Shown piece by piece: positions 15,771 to 29,805 of a DNA stretch of 64,000 bases. Position numbers and translations under genes: made by a program. This stretch comes from Trichoplax adhaerens. Its lineage: Eukaryota > Animalia > Placozoa. The stretch's first letter is position 1. Every line of letters starts with the position of its first letter. Under the pieces are notes generated by a model. It made no database searches. It was given only the letters and a program-made list of their open reading frames with translations, and had not been told where the DNA came from. The DNA is taken from positions 1,795,836-1,859,835 of the forward strand of contig NW_002060949.1 of the NCBI RefSeq assembly GCF_000150275.1, written 5' to 3'.

Positions 15771-18700
15771 GCGCTTGCACTTGCTCTTGAGGCTTAATGA
15801 CTACTATACTTTAAGATCACTGTATCCCATTTATATGTAATATTTTATAACTGCAAACAAATTGATGATTGTCTCTGTGACTATACCGTCTCTAAAATTA
15901 ATTACCGAACGCATTATCCTTATCTAGGCTATTCTACTATCATGAAGTATATAGGATAAAATTAATCTGATAGACAATGGCTTATCGTCACTTGGTGCTT
16001 TCTACGTGGCTGTTTACTCTATATGTCTTATGAGGCCAAGCTATCATACATCTGGTGTAATTAGAGTGCTGGCTATATTAAGTCTTACTTAATTATCGGC
16101 GATTAATTCTATCAGCAGACATTAATCGTTTTTGAAAAGGGTTGCAATATCCAAATAAATGCGAATGCTAGAAATACTCGTGGTAAGGAAAGGACGGTCT
16201 ATTATTATATAACTTTAAGAAAATAGATATGTTTTTGTATTTGTAAATGTTCAATTTCAAGAGTTATGTTCTTTGGTGTAAATATACAGGAATGGGACGA
16301 AGATTTTTAGCTGGAAAAATAAAGATCCTATCTCGATTGAAATATAACAGCACATGGGTACTCGGCATAGGTGATAAGCTGCTAAAAATACAATCCCCTT
16401 TTCATGTAGACAACTACGAAGAAAAAAACTACTTTATCAATTCTTGTCAGAAATACTACAAAGATATGGCATACCGTAGTTAGCTTCAATATAAATGGGC
16501 TATAATCTTACTAAAAATAGTAATTTATGAAATCATTTTATATTCATTAGGCCTACAGATTACTAGCATTTTAGCATTGTAAGTATTGATGGCTTTTTAA
16601 TCAATGTATGCTATGCACGCATGTAGTCATATAAGTGGTTAGAATCTCTAGTTAAACCGTTGAAAAAAATGCCATACTCGTATTATTCTCTTAATGAGAA
16701 TGTTTTAATGCTCTATTGATACTGATATTGTTGATATATCGCTCTACATTGAAGTTTGGAGTCCGTTAAAAAAAGTTTATTTGGCCGTCTTTAGAAAATG
16801 TAAAAAAATAAAATAAATTCACTTGAAAATCAATATTATTTTATGTTAAGCTATGCCGGTACCTATCCATGAAACGTGTATTATATCACTGCCGTGTCGG
16901 ATACTAGCTATGATACAGTAATAGCATGAGGCTAATAAAACGGATGGATTTATTGAACGATGATGCGACGGATACTGGGCGCTATATAGTAAGAAGGGCT
17001 TCAAGGCTGGACATTCTGTACTAACGATAGGAGTCGATCAAATAATGTGGTATACTGATGTGATAATCATATCAAAGGTTTGGCATAAGCTACAGAATAT
17101 TTGAAAATGTACTTTGATTGGAGTACGTCAAAGTACAATCTACGCGTATTCCATATAATACGCGTAGGAGATGATTGATATCCTAGAGAAAATTATTGTA
17201 TGATTGATTTATGCGTATGCTCTATTATAATAATCAACGACGTCTGCCTATCAAGTAGGTTGGAGATAGATTTAAACTGATTGCGTGCGGTAGCATTTTA
17301 AAAAAATTCAATTTCTATAGCATACAATAGGTTAAAAGCTGCCAATAAAATGGAAACTATGCACTATAGTACTACTACCAGTGAAATTGAAAGAGATCAA
17401 CCTAGTCATTTTAAAAAAGAAAGTAGTTCGCCATTTTTAGTATTGCTTACCTATGAATGATTTGATAATGTTCAGGATAATAACAGTTTGGTTCAGTCGA
17501 TTTTTCCCCTCAAGTACCAAGAAAAACTATTATGTTTTCTCTTCTTGTAAATGGTTTTGAAAATCAATTCCGCGGAGGTTAATTATTGCAGAGTTAATTT
17601 CGCATCAAAAATTTTGTTGATCCTTTAAAAATTGCTACCACGCTACTGGGCTGATTGAATTGGGTAAAAAAAACCGGTAAAGCTGCAATTGAAAGAGAAA
17701 AATGCGAAAAAGTATTAGCGCACTTTAATCGACGTCGTTGGATCGGCCGCGAACCACTAAGCAAACATTCAAGAAAAAAAAAAGTATAGTAGAAATTGCA
17801 AGAATATGCTGAGGATAAAACAGAGTATTACGTTGTAAGCTAGAGTTCAAGAAAAAACCCCAAAAAGTGAGTTTGAGTTTTTACGGGACGATGCAACGAC
17901 AGATTTCAACGTGTCAATTCGATTTATCACTGAATCAGTCTAAAAAAAAAAAAGCAGTTTTGATACTAAGTTTTACTTTTGCAACTCAGTCAAAAGGAAG
18001 AACGATACGCGTACTATAGAAAAAAAAGTAGGATTAGAACTTGATTGGCCTGTTGTGTAATAAAAGGTAATTTAACCTTAATTGTAGTGGAAAATAGCGA
18101 CAAGCAATGCAGCCTAGGACAGCGGACGATAAAAATAGAAAATGTATCAGGAAATAGTCCAGGAATGGGAAATGAAAAATTTCCCCCAATTTTTTTTTTT
18201 TTTTTTAATTGGATATACAAGCACGTACTCCACGCATCATTCTCATTTCAGTGTCTTTTAATGCTATTTATACAATGTTGGCGTTTTACTGTAGTCTCTC
18301 TCTCTCTTTTTGCCCCCCTTCCCCTTGAATTTCTATGAGTTCAACAGAAGAGAATCATGCAAGCAATGTTACAATGCTAAAGTAATTTATTATGCACGTC
18401 AGAAAAGTCTGTAGAAAACATGGAATAGACTTATTTTCAATCAAGGAAAAGAAGCCACCAATGGCAACAGCCTGACGGATTCGTTACGCTAATAGTGACA
18501 CATTGATGTTGTCGGTTCTTTCAGTTGAAGATGGATGACATATCATGTACACAAGGTATTCAACAGCAGGCGGTCGTAAACAATAGGCTAACGAGTCAAT
18601 CGTCAATAGCATCAATAGAGAGCGTACGGCTGGCTTCAATTTCGCTTTTGAATTGGCGATCGTGTCACGACGCGTCAACTGCACTCTCTTCACAGTCTCC

Positions 18701-21177
18701 CACTGGAGGACGGTAGACTCACAACAAGGTGATACTGGTACGCATACGCGTCACACTACGGTACCGTACTGAGTGTGGACAGTGGACACAACACGACACA
18801 ACCAACCTACATGACGTCCTGCACAGTGATAGACGAGAGAGAGACGCTAGTATCAATCGACACCACCATCATTGCACTCTAGGTCATCAACACCAATGGG
18901 GTATCGACGAGATCGATGCTGGAAAATGGACTCCGTGACTCAGGTGTTGAAGAGACCGTTACGGTTACTAGGATCGGTAGGATGCAATACGCTCGCGAGT
19001 TTTTGCAGTATTCTCTTACTTTGGGAAAAACTCTCTCCTCTTCCATGAAGTCAACTATTCTACTACAATCAATCATCATCATCATGACAGGTCAATACGG
19101 TAGGTAGAAACAATCTTGTTCAGGTCATATTGCAATCAAGAAAAAAATGGATGCGATACAACATAGAAATACTCGTCCATCCAATCGATACAAATTGAAA
19201 TCAATGATTTAGCAATAACTATCCTATTTCATAAATTATTTGACAACCTCCATCATACCGTTAAGGTATCATGCAGTCTTTAGCAAGAATCGAAAAGCTT
19301 AGCAACTTACCATGCTACAATAATTTGCTTCAATATCAAAAGTGAACGACTTGGATGAGATCCGATTGAAATTAACGCTATCGGTATACTGTAGTGTGCG
19401 GGACTTATCGGCCAGGCTATATAGCAAGGGAACTTGGAGCCTGATGTCATTTCTTTCACGATAAGTATAATAACATTCTCAGCTGTTGAACGTACATAAT
19501 TGATTGCTCCACCCTGACTAGCATTTGATTGGTTGTCAAGGCGTCAAGTTGTTCAATTAAAATAGTACAATAGAGTGACACGTGCGGCGTTGTTTCGTGT
19601 TTATTACGGTGTCAGTCAATCTTGTTTTTTTTTCAATATACTGTATATATATATAGTCAAAAGTACATTAACATATGAATAACGGTACGGTAGCGATGTT
19701 GCATGCTAGTCAAAGATATACAATTTACAATATATTATACCAGTCCATTTGCGCACGTCTGGACTATGCAAAATGCAATCAATAGGCTAATAAATACACT
19801 CAATACACAGCTGCACAAAAATTAACTGATGTATGTCAATTTTGTTTAGACTGTAATCTCGTTTATATATTTTTTTTTGGGGGGGGGGGCCAACCTTATA
19901 GTAATGCCAAGTTGTACAGTACAACAAATTATGCTAGAAGGACAATCTATAAGAGATTTTCATATTTATGCCCTAGGAATATACTGTACAAACTGTACAT
20001 TACATCAAAACGCTAAAATCGTTCAATACACGCATAGGGAAGAGTTGTACCGTCAAGGATAGAGGAATAGCGACACTCTGTTATATACTGTACAGTACGC
20101 CAAACGATGGATGTTCTCTTTCATTTTATGACCAACTATGATGGACTGCTACTACAAACATACTACGTTTTACTATTAATATCGACGGTACAATGTAATC
20201 TCTGATAAATTTCGAATCTATACCTACATCCATATACGTACAGTATGCTGATATCGCTATGTTATAACTACGAGTTCACCAACCTTCGCTGTAATACTCG
20301 CCAAAGTCAGTAAACTAGCCCCTAACTGTAATATCGATATTCTTTACTTTGCTAGCTGAAACCTACAACTCATTGGTCAAGAATAGAATTCATTATACTG
20401 TACTAACTACCGTGTTTAATTCGCTGTCGAGTAAACTGTGAACTTTAAGTAGCAGTAATGACGAACTAAGTAAATAAGTACAGTAACCCTATTCATCACT
20501 CTTCTTAGCCGCCGATACAATTCCTACTACGCAATTTTATTCCTATTCTATCATTACTCAGCTTGATGACATATCAATGTAATGCAAAATTCTTCGCATC
20601 ATTTAGTAAAGTGTATATACTTTATACGATTGATTCGCTACGAGCTATGTACGATGGACAAGATCACGTACAAGTAAGCTAAGATACGTACAGTAATGTA
20701 GAATTCTGCAAATTGTTTCGCCTATTTACTTATGACAAATCATAAAACCAAAGGCTATGCTAACGTACTAATGACCCATTTGCCGGCGCATGTTAAAGCG
20801 TAGGCTATAAAAGTTGCATAACATGCTGATGAAGTCAATATATAACATTACGTGATTGTAGATATTTAACACCACATAAACTGCAAAGACGATAGCCCAT
20901 GATAGCTCAATGGCATCGTACATCAAAAATTGTAAAGTCATAATATAGAGAAGAGAGAAATAACTTTCATTTCTCAAGTATGACGTATTCCGACACTGGT
21001 AACTACTAACAACTAGAGGCAACGGATTACCTTTAGTCTTTTTATACATACCGTAGATTGTAATAATAATTATAATCGCAGCTGCAGTACGTACGTCGTC
21101 GATAGTATACAATACGCGTATACATCACTAGTATACTGGACAGTATAGTACCCTATGTACTATACAACAATGACCAA

Positions 21178-21266
21178 AAATAATAATAATAACAATAATA
21201 ATTTTAATAATAATAAATAATATTACAACTAATAATAATTATTATTATTATTACTATTTATTATTA
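21178..21266. repeat. Imperfect (TAA)n followed by (TTA)n microsatellite
   Basis: Directly visible. A shorter similar array lies at ~25546-25588. Confidence 0.85.
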
Positions 21267-24200
21267 ATATATTTGAAGATTAACCGTATACGCGGCATAT
21301 ACTTGAACCCAGAATTGAAGACAGCAAGCGATCAAGAACTTCAAAAATATAACGCAAAATCGAGCGATAATTTCGATTCATTTTTATAAAAGATTCATTT
21401 GTGTGACTGCAGCATTTGAGTTAAGCATATTGAAGATCGACTATAGCAACAAGTTAACATCTGTACTTTACTGTTAATTGTATGAATGTAATTTTTGACT
21501 CGTTAAACTCATACCTTGAGTAAGATTAATGCTGTCTCAGCATAGCTATGCCCTATTACTTGGAGACAATCTCTAATTATAATTAATTACTTATTTATAG
21601 TGCTCATATATGTATTATAATCATAATTAACTGTTGATGTACTGCTCATAGACATGAATATATGATTTATTCTCAAAGATAATTAAAAATTGCATTGCAC
21701 TAACATCCTGGACTACCGCTACTGGATGCACTATTACTATACCATGAGAAATTAACTAGTGGCAAAGCTTATCGGCTTAGTCAATATTGTTTAGATTACA
21801 TGATGAAATGAGCATTTTACTGATTGATGATGAGAATTAATGAATGTATGAATAAACTGATGTAGTTGAATAAATATGAATACAGTAGTGGGAAGTCTCT
21901 TAATATACAATGTTAAAACAAATATGATGATAATCGGCTTAAAGAATACAGCGTGGCACATATGCTATTTAGAAAACAACTGCTCTCTTATGTACAAGAT
22001 AGAGAATGCAAATCAATCATTTTATTATTATTCAAATGAAGACCTTGCGTTGTGATATGATACTATTACAATAATTAGCTATTTAATTATTCTATCTTCC
22101 AACACTTGAAATAACTAAACTAACTGAGCCAAGTGAATCAGGTTTCACTATCTCAATTAGATATAAATATAGCCATGAAGAATATTCATGAATCATGACA
22201 TTTAGAAAAGTATAGAAATAAATAATGATTATGAAATGATGCACTTAAATATTGCGCTATTCTATTAAAGGTTTGAGAGATCTTTTGACCTAATATGGAA
22301 TGGATGTACACGTAGGTGTAGATGTTAGCATAAAATATTTTATATTTTTTATTGAGTGTTGTAGAAAAGTAATATCTTAATGCTATAACATCTATCACCG
22401 GATATATCTTTAGTTCTATATACCAGTCGATGTTTAACTGCTAGGTATAAAATTTATCCTTGATTGGCGCTATCAAGCTAAATGCAGTTTACTCGATTCT
22501 GTATGTCGATTAAGGAATATTATTGCGACGACTCTACAATAATAGACACTTTAAATGTACTGGTTTAAATTTCTAAGGTCAGAAGGTGATAGTCGCGATA
22601 AAAGTGTACAATTTTTATAATTATTACGTCGTTCGCCTATAAACTAATAAAATTATACTTATAGTCAAAAGCAGGTATGCAGATATAATTTGAGTATGAA
22701 AAATAGGGTAAAAAAATGAACAATTTGCTTGCACAGCGCATTAAAACAATACTGTTCTTGATGTTATGGTGGATTTATGCTTATTAATAGATGTCATAAT
22801 TTACAAAGTATATCTATCTTGATATAGATTCTTTAATTTCCTTCGAATCTTCTAAATACATTATTTTCCGATAAATGCCTCATAAAGTATATTATAATTT
22901 ATAAAATATTCCATCGCGGCTCGAAATATTGACTAAAAACTCATTTGATTGGTTTAAGGATTTATCGATTTACGTAATGATCATATTGTCGAAGAAAAAA
23001 TAGATCATAAATTTATTATAGTAACAATTTCAACTCTAAATCGAGATGTCGCTATTACAGTAAATGATGTCGTTATAAGAATTGAAACCAGGTGTACATC
23101 TTCATTAATCTAATCATAGCCAACGTGAATGCCTTCGGGCAACAGTCGTATTAACATTTAAAATTTTTTAAATTTCAAAATTATAATAATTAATATTATT
23201 ATTATTAGAATGTTTTATTTATTTAAACTGCTGTTACGCTGTAACTCATTGGTGAGTCACGAGCCGTGACCTAGTTATAGTCAATAAATGCCCTATCAAG
23301 CTGCAGCTGTAAAGCGTCATGGAAAAAATAGGCGATTATACAATGAAAGTGAATGACGTGGGGAGTGGAAGCGTAATGTTTTCTTGCAATGAATTATAAA
23401 AACTCATAGAAAATTTGTAAATAAAGAATGCAAAATACGAATAGAACCATTAAGCTAAGACTTTATGCGTTATAATAGCGCTATTTATGCTAGCACATTG
23501 GCTTTATTATATTATTCCCTTAATAGTTTTATTTATTTTCTATCTTCGTTCTATATTATCAAGAATACTATAAACTATTGAAACGGGAGGCAGCAATAGA
23601 GATTCAGGCATCTGCTATTCCTATAAATAATTACCTATACACAGTACGTAGCCGTAGAGCCTTTGCAAATATGTTCTCTTAATATATTAAAAAGATAAGG
23701 CAATAGTGTATTCGTAATATGCATATTTATATTTTGATTATTTTCAAGTACCGGTCAAATTGATCATATGATGAATAAAATTGTAATACGCGTATTTACT
23801 ATAATGCAATTATAAGTAAATTTGTGTTAAATCCTACTTATTTTCCTGTATAATCCTAAGCCTAGGTATGACTGCAAGAAGTAAAAAATATTATTTTCTT
23901 AGCTCTTAGTTCATTTCAATTGACAGCATTTGCCTGAGCCAGGGTTTTTTTTAGTGTTATCCAAGTACTAGTAATTATAATCAATATGGAAAGAAGTGAA
24001 GTATTGAAAACTGCCCTCATCGAACGATCTGTTTTTATTTTATTACCCTATTATTATAGTACGGGTACTCATGCAGGGAATTTTCTTACACTTCTTAAAC
24101 TGAGATATTGTATTAACTAGCCACACATTATAGAACTAGGGAACGTGTGTAGTGTAGAGTGAACGTGTATATTTATTTTCGTTTCCGCAAGCCATAAAAT

Positions 24201-24644
24201 AAACCTTTATTATTTCAAAAAGTTCCTACAAGATGTATGTTATGCAACACGGTATCCTTCTATTCCATATCGTAAGTGTTTTTACATATCACAAGTGTAC
24301 CATTAATTCTTGCTCGCTTGTAAAAAAGGTCATCATTTCTATCGATGAATTTATAATTTCCCTGCAGTACTATACAACCAGAATACAGTAAGTTGCTTGT
24401 GCATCTACAGTTAGGATATTACTCCTATAGCTACTGTATTTACAATCTATTTGTACACTGTGTAAGTAGTGTGTAGCATACACGTAGTTAGCCAGATTGA
24501 CTAATGACAATTTTGATGAGTTGATAGTGATATGTTTCGAAGTACTGTCATCCTAAATTGAAAATTACTGATAATCATTATCTCCTAACGTAATCATATC
24601 ACATACCATAAATTACAATCACTTCCTTTTTATTTTTGCAACCT

Positions 24645-24772
24645 GGCACAGGTGTTGATTATGATGTGAATTTGCAGCTGTCGATGTGTTTTATCACTCT
24701 GATTGGTGTAAAAAGTATTGACGTCACTCCCTAGCAACCGATCAAAGCCAGAGTCGTAAACCCCCAGGTGTA
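24645..24772. promoter_or_regulatory. Dense transcription-factor motif cluster (NF-Y CCAAT, CRE, RFX X-box half site, E-boxes)
   Basis: CTGATTGG 24699-24706, TGACGTCA 24719-24726, CCCTAGCAACCGAT 24729-24742, and CAGGTG/CAGCTG E-boxes at ~24649, 24675 and 24765. Confidence 0.45.
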
Positions 24773-25466
24773 CAAGCATGTACTGCAAAATATAAAAAAA
24801 TAGAGTTACTCTTCATACACTACTTTGAAAATTATGTAATCAAGAAAATGCCTTGCTGATAAAAATAAAATAAATAAATAATTAAAATAATGTTACTGAT
24901 CTATCCTGTATATCATCAGTAATGTAATAACATACACAGCTCGGATGAAATGAATGATTTCAATATCGATTTCGAGTATTTCAATCTTATACAGCATTTT
25001 ATAAGTTGTGAACTGTCTAGTACGGTTCGTTTCTCTCTCGGCTAGCTATACAGTACTGTGTACGTATATAATATAATATATATGGTCATATATATGTTAC
25101 GGGCAATGTTATATATGAGAGAGAAATAGATAGATACATAGATAGATATAGATTTATAGATGCTATACGCACCACAATTCTTTTACTCTTATGACTAAAA
25201 TGAGTACTAGTCTAGTAAGAGACCAGCAGAGACTGCTCCTTGTTGGCATTGACCATCACTAAGTACCGTAGCCTGCAGGGACTACTAAAAGCGTAGTCTC
25301 TGATACTAGAAGGCTTTCAATTTCTTATGATGAACACAGTCTTGAATGTTGGACTTGCGTACACGAGGTACAGTAAAGGACGGTACAATTGCCTCACTCT
25401 TTCCAACTCCGTTACGCTTTCTAGAATCCTTGCCGCTTGTTTGCGTATCCGTAGTACTATCTTCGG

Positions 25467-25490
<24 letters not shown>
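25467..25490. repeat. (TA)n microsatellite
   Basis: Run of about 12 TA units. Confidence 0.9.
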
Positions 25491-25498
<8 letters not shown>

Positions 25499-25790
25499 GC
25501 ACGTTATGGTGACGATAAAATTTATTCTTACTCGTATTGACAAGATAATATTAATAATAATAACAATTATTATTAATTATATTATTATTCGATAACTTGC
25601 ATACTAAAAGCTGTGATCCTAAATCAATTAGTATGATACGTAACAATGATAGACTACCGTTGGAGTCAGTACCTTCCAAATGCGTACATGGGATTGGCAG
25701 ATGACCGCTGCGAACCATATATATATATTTGATTAGGATATTGTGTTATCATCAGTGATATCCACAAGAAGCAAGAAACCAGAAAGCTTG

Positions 25791-28700
25791 ATGGCGAATC
25801 ACGGCAATCATTGTAATGATATCAGCTGTCACAATTGCTACATTCCACATACAACTGCGCCAATTCATGTGGTAAGTGATGTAAACAGAAGGATAACGGT
25901 TAAATCAGTTTAGATAGATGTAGATATCGAGTATGGAATGAAATGATGATGTTGATGGTGTCAATCATCAATTGACTAGCAGTATTTAGCGGTCAAGTCA
26001 ATGGCCAGTTCTCTGTCTATTCATATCTTGTATCAATTTAGGTGGAAGTACAATTAATAATCAATGAGTTATACTTTTTCTTCAACCAGGATTGATCCAA
26101 GGTATTAATTATTGTACCTATTTAATCTGGTATTCCTAACAGTTGATATCCCATACGTTTAGTTATCTACTAATAGCAAGAACCTTTCCCACCTAGTTGA
26201 GCCCGTAATGCAGTATGGTCCCTAAACTGCACACAAATTAATAGTAAAAAATGGCACGATGCGATACTAGTTTAATATTGTTTATTCTATAAGTAGAGGT
26301 GTTTGCCGTATAATCGTCGGCGACACTAGATGATGAAAATACACCAACACAATTTCTAGTTACTGCACTTGTCTTAATATCATAGCTCCATACTTGAGCT
26401 TTGCCTACATTTTCAGGCGAGAGATAATATCATCACGGTAAATACGTAAGCATGTGGTTTACTGCACGGAATAGAAAACAGTTTGCATTCACAGACTTTA
26501 TGATAATCCTATATATCTTCACGTACTGTACTATATCATATCGTCAAAAAAACAAAACAATGATAAACGATATCGTGTATGTCAATTGCTGAATTTGGAA
26601 GGAGCGTATCGATTGAATGAAACTGAAAGATTAAGCACAGTATAGTGAATTTCACTCTCAATGAACTATCAATAACTTTTGAATCTATGTAGCTTATATC
26701 TAGGATTACTAGATTCACCTTTGGGTAATCCATCTATATGATCGTATATGTATGTTCACTAACCATCATAATTTGCCATACATTAACTCAAAAGTGACGG
26801 GGGTGGCAAATCTAGCAACTCATGCAAAAGTCTACTATATCAAATTTGTGTTATCAGATTCATCATTAAAATAATATTTTATGGATTGTAGATTAATTAA
26901 CTCATTACTTCTCTCGAAATAGAACTTTTATGACAGCCAGGCTAACTATAAAAAATTCGTCCTGAATCTCCTATAGCTAAAACCATCGTTAGATTGTTAA
27001 TAATTATACGCCTAATGGTTGTTTTACACTTCATCGAAAAACTAAATACTCTGATAGTAAATTAGTAAAGTAAAAGTTAATTTCAAAGATCACAAAATAA
27101 TTATTCTACAAGCCAAAACAACCTTATTTTTACTGATTATTTATTTATTTAATTAGTCATATTTTCTAGCTAATATAATAACACACAAATATTGTATATA
27201 CGAGTAAAAGATTGTATCAAAATCAAGAATAAATACTGCTTGTACATCATAGCAGTCAATTAAGAAGTAGTTCGACTACATCAGTAATCATTTGTATCCT
27301 GGTTTATTTACAATCCTGTATCTCTCTATCGTACTAACTTTAGCTTAGAGTGATATATTTCAAATTAGATCAGTCGACTGGCATTATTCTGTAATGATCA
27401 GTTATACGATGTTATGTTAATAATTAAACCCTCTAACATTTCCCTCGTCCCCATTTACAATCATGGTAGATCTCCCTTCATAAACGAAACCGTGTGATGG
27501 AATGATATTATGTGTTTCTGTAATAAATTTATGTATACGACTATTGAATACATTATAGAAATATGGGGATAGACTACAGGCTAACATTAATCCGCAACTA
27601 TGTCACTCAATTCTACGTAGCATTTCGTTAGTAGACCCATACTAACTAAATATAAGATGCAATTATTAACGCTCTGAATTCTAATGCAATTATATAATGA
27701 CTAGTCTCATTGTGATGTATATAAATATATGCCATCCTTATTAAATTACTTGTCTATAATTGCTACTATTAATTCATGACAATACAGCTAGCTAAGTGAC
27801 TGGAACATTCCATTCCGAGGAAGCAATAGGGGATTGAATTATAATTATTTAAATCGAAATATCTATAGCCACAGTGCGAGACGTACAATTTAATTATTGA
27901 TTGCAACTTACTGACGACTTAACGTATCAGTTGAGAAACTTGCAATATAATCTTGATACAAAAAGAAATAATAACTATAAACCTACTACATGAAGAACAA
28001 TTATCTTAGACCTTAGTATAGCTTTAACCGAGCTAGCATACTCGTATATCTTAGACTGCTGCAATATTACTGTATTTAACTAACACAGTCCGCTTCAGAC
28101 CCTATCTAATAACTGTAATAAATCAGCTGTGATCGAGGTCATCTGAAATATAAATAGAAAATGTAATCATTTATCATAATTCGTAAATGACGGCTACATT
28201 TACATACAGTTAACTTTGTAGTGAGCTGTATAGCTTAGACTTGCTGACTATAAACTTATCGTCTGTAATCAGTCGTAATAACACAAAATTAGATGGTTAA
28301 AGGTAAGCTAGCACTTATTGCAAGCATAATATTATCGAACCGTACGAAAAGTTGTTCGTACATGATATATTTAATGCAAACTACTAAAGTTTTATAGCCT
28401 ACTTCAGTCAGCTATCCAAGGATTAAATACAGAAATGAAATCATAGTTTAGCATTTTATGTTTAATACTAAACTAACTTCCGTCTTCAATGGTGTCAATA
28501 ATATTTTTAAAATTGGCTTATGATCATAAACTCTAGTCGTTTACTTTAGTCATATTAATATCTAGACTGAATTGGGTATTTTGACATAGTGCTCTATTAC
28601 AAATAGTGATATACAGCTTAGTACTTAAATATACTATATTGTGTGTATGTGGTCATGTTCACACTGACGCAGATACTGTAGGGACTTTATATGTGTATGA

Positions 28701-29805
28701 CCTCCAACCGATAGCATTGACAACATTACCATATACTGTTTAGTGACTGTCATAATTTAACAGGATGTTAGAACCATCAATAAAATATGATATTTCGTAA
28801 CGACGGTACATAAAAATCTTTTGCATGAAATACATCAAATAGTTATAGAATCGTAAGATTTTAATTTGATTCAGTAGAATAGCTTATAGTTTCAGATTTA
28901 ATGTTGTAAATATAAATGAATCACTTTAGAAAGAATAAGAATGTAATTGAGTTACTTTATCAACCTGCTTATAATTCTGCTGCAGACGTATAAGGTTTGT
29001 TATGCATATACGCGCATTATATGATAAATGTGTTTATAGTTACGATTGCAAATTCTTTAATTAATGCTGAAACTATTTATTTTTTTAGTTCAAGAATGTA
29101 GCTCCGAAATTAGTGCCTTTCACTAAATTTGTCTGCATCTACTTTGTTGCTTGGACGCCTTATGAAAATCCCAATCTTTATGCAGCTATAATTAAATGTC
29201 TGCCCATCTTGGCTTTGTTTGCGTTTGTTTGTTTACAACATACAACCAATTATGAAGAGAGCAAGTATCGTTACTGTGTTTTATTGGGTTTGCTATTAAG
29301 TTGTGTAGGCGATTTTTTACTTATTTGGGAAGAATTATTTGGGTACGGTGTATGCTTTTTTGGCTGCGCTCATATTGCTTATATATGCGGTTTCGGCTGG
29401 CTTGAACCATTTAACGTACGCTTAGGGATAGGAATTTATGCCTTAGGAATATTGACATACCTATTAGTTTTGCCTGTGCTGCCCCAGGTAGTAGCAATTG
29501 TAACTGGATTGTATTGTATCACAATTAGTACAGCAGCATGGCGTGCAGTCGCTCGTGTTGAATTCACATGGGAAATATGGAAATGGACGAAATTATTCGC
29601 AGCTATTGGAACAGTCCTATTTTGCATTTCAGATACAATGATTGTTTTTAGTATGTTTCGCGGTTGGTCACTACCAGGCAATTTTCAACGAGGTATTGTG
29701 ATGTCGACTTATTATACAGCTCAATTAGGGATCGCGTTGTCGGCTGTTAATCATCAAAAATTGCTAATGGAAAGTCTTGCCTTGCAAAAGCCAAGAACTG
29801 ATTAA
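25791..29805 (+). CDS. TMEM86A: Lysoplasmalogenase, TMEM86/YhhN family; two coding exons 25791-25871 and 29089-29805
   Basis: Exon 2 encodes FKNVAPKLVPFTKFVCIYFV...IIKCLPI...SCVGDFLLIW...FFGCAHIAYI...AWRA...LFCISDT...VMSTYYTAQLGIALSAV, typical of TMEM86. Exon 1 (ATG 25791 ...TAPIHV|gtaagt) splices in phase 0 to ttttag|TTC at 29089, mirroring vertebrate MVSPVTV/VKSEGPKLVPF. Exon 1 is inferred, and the A versus B paralog cannot be distinguished. Confidence 0.9.
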
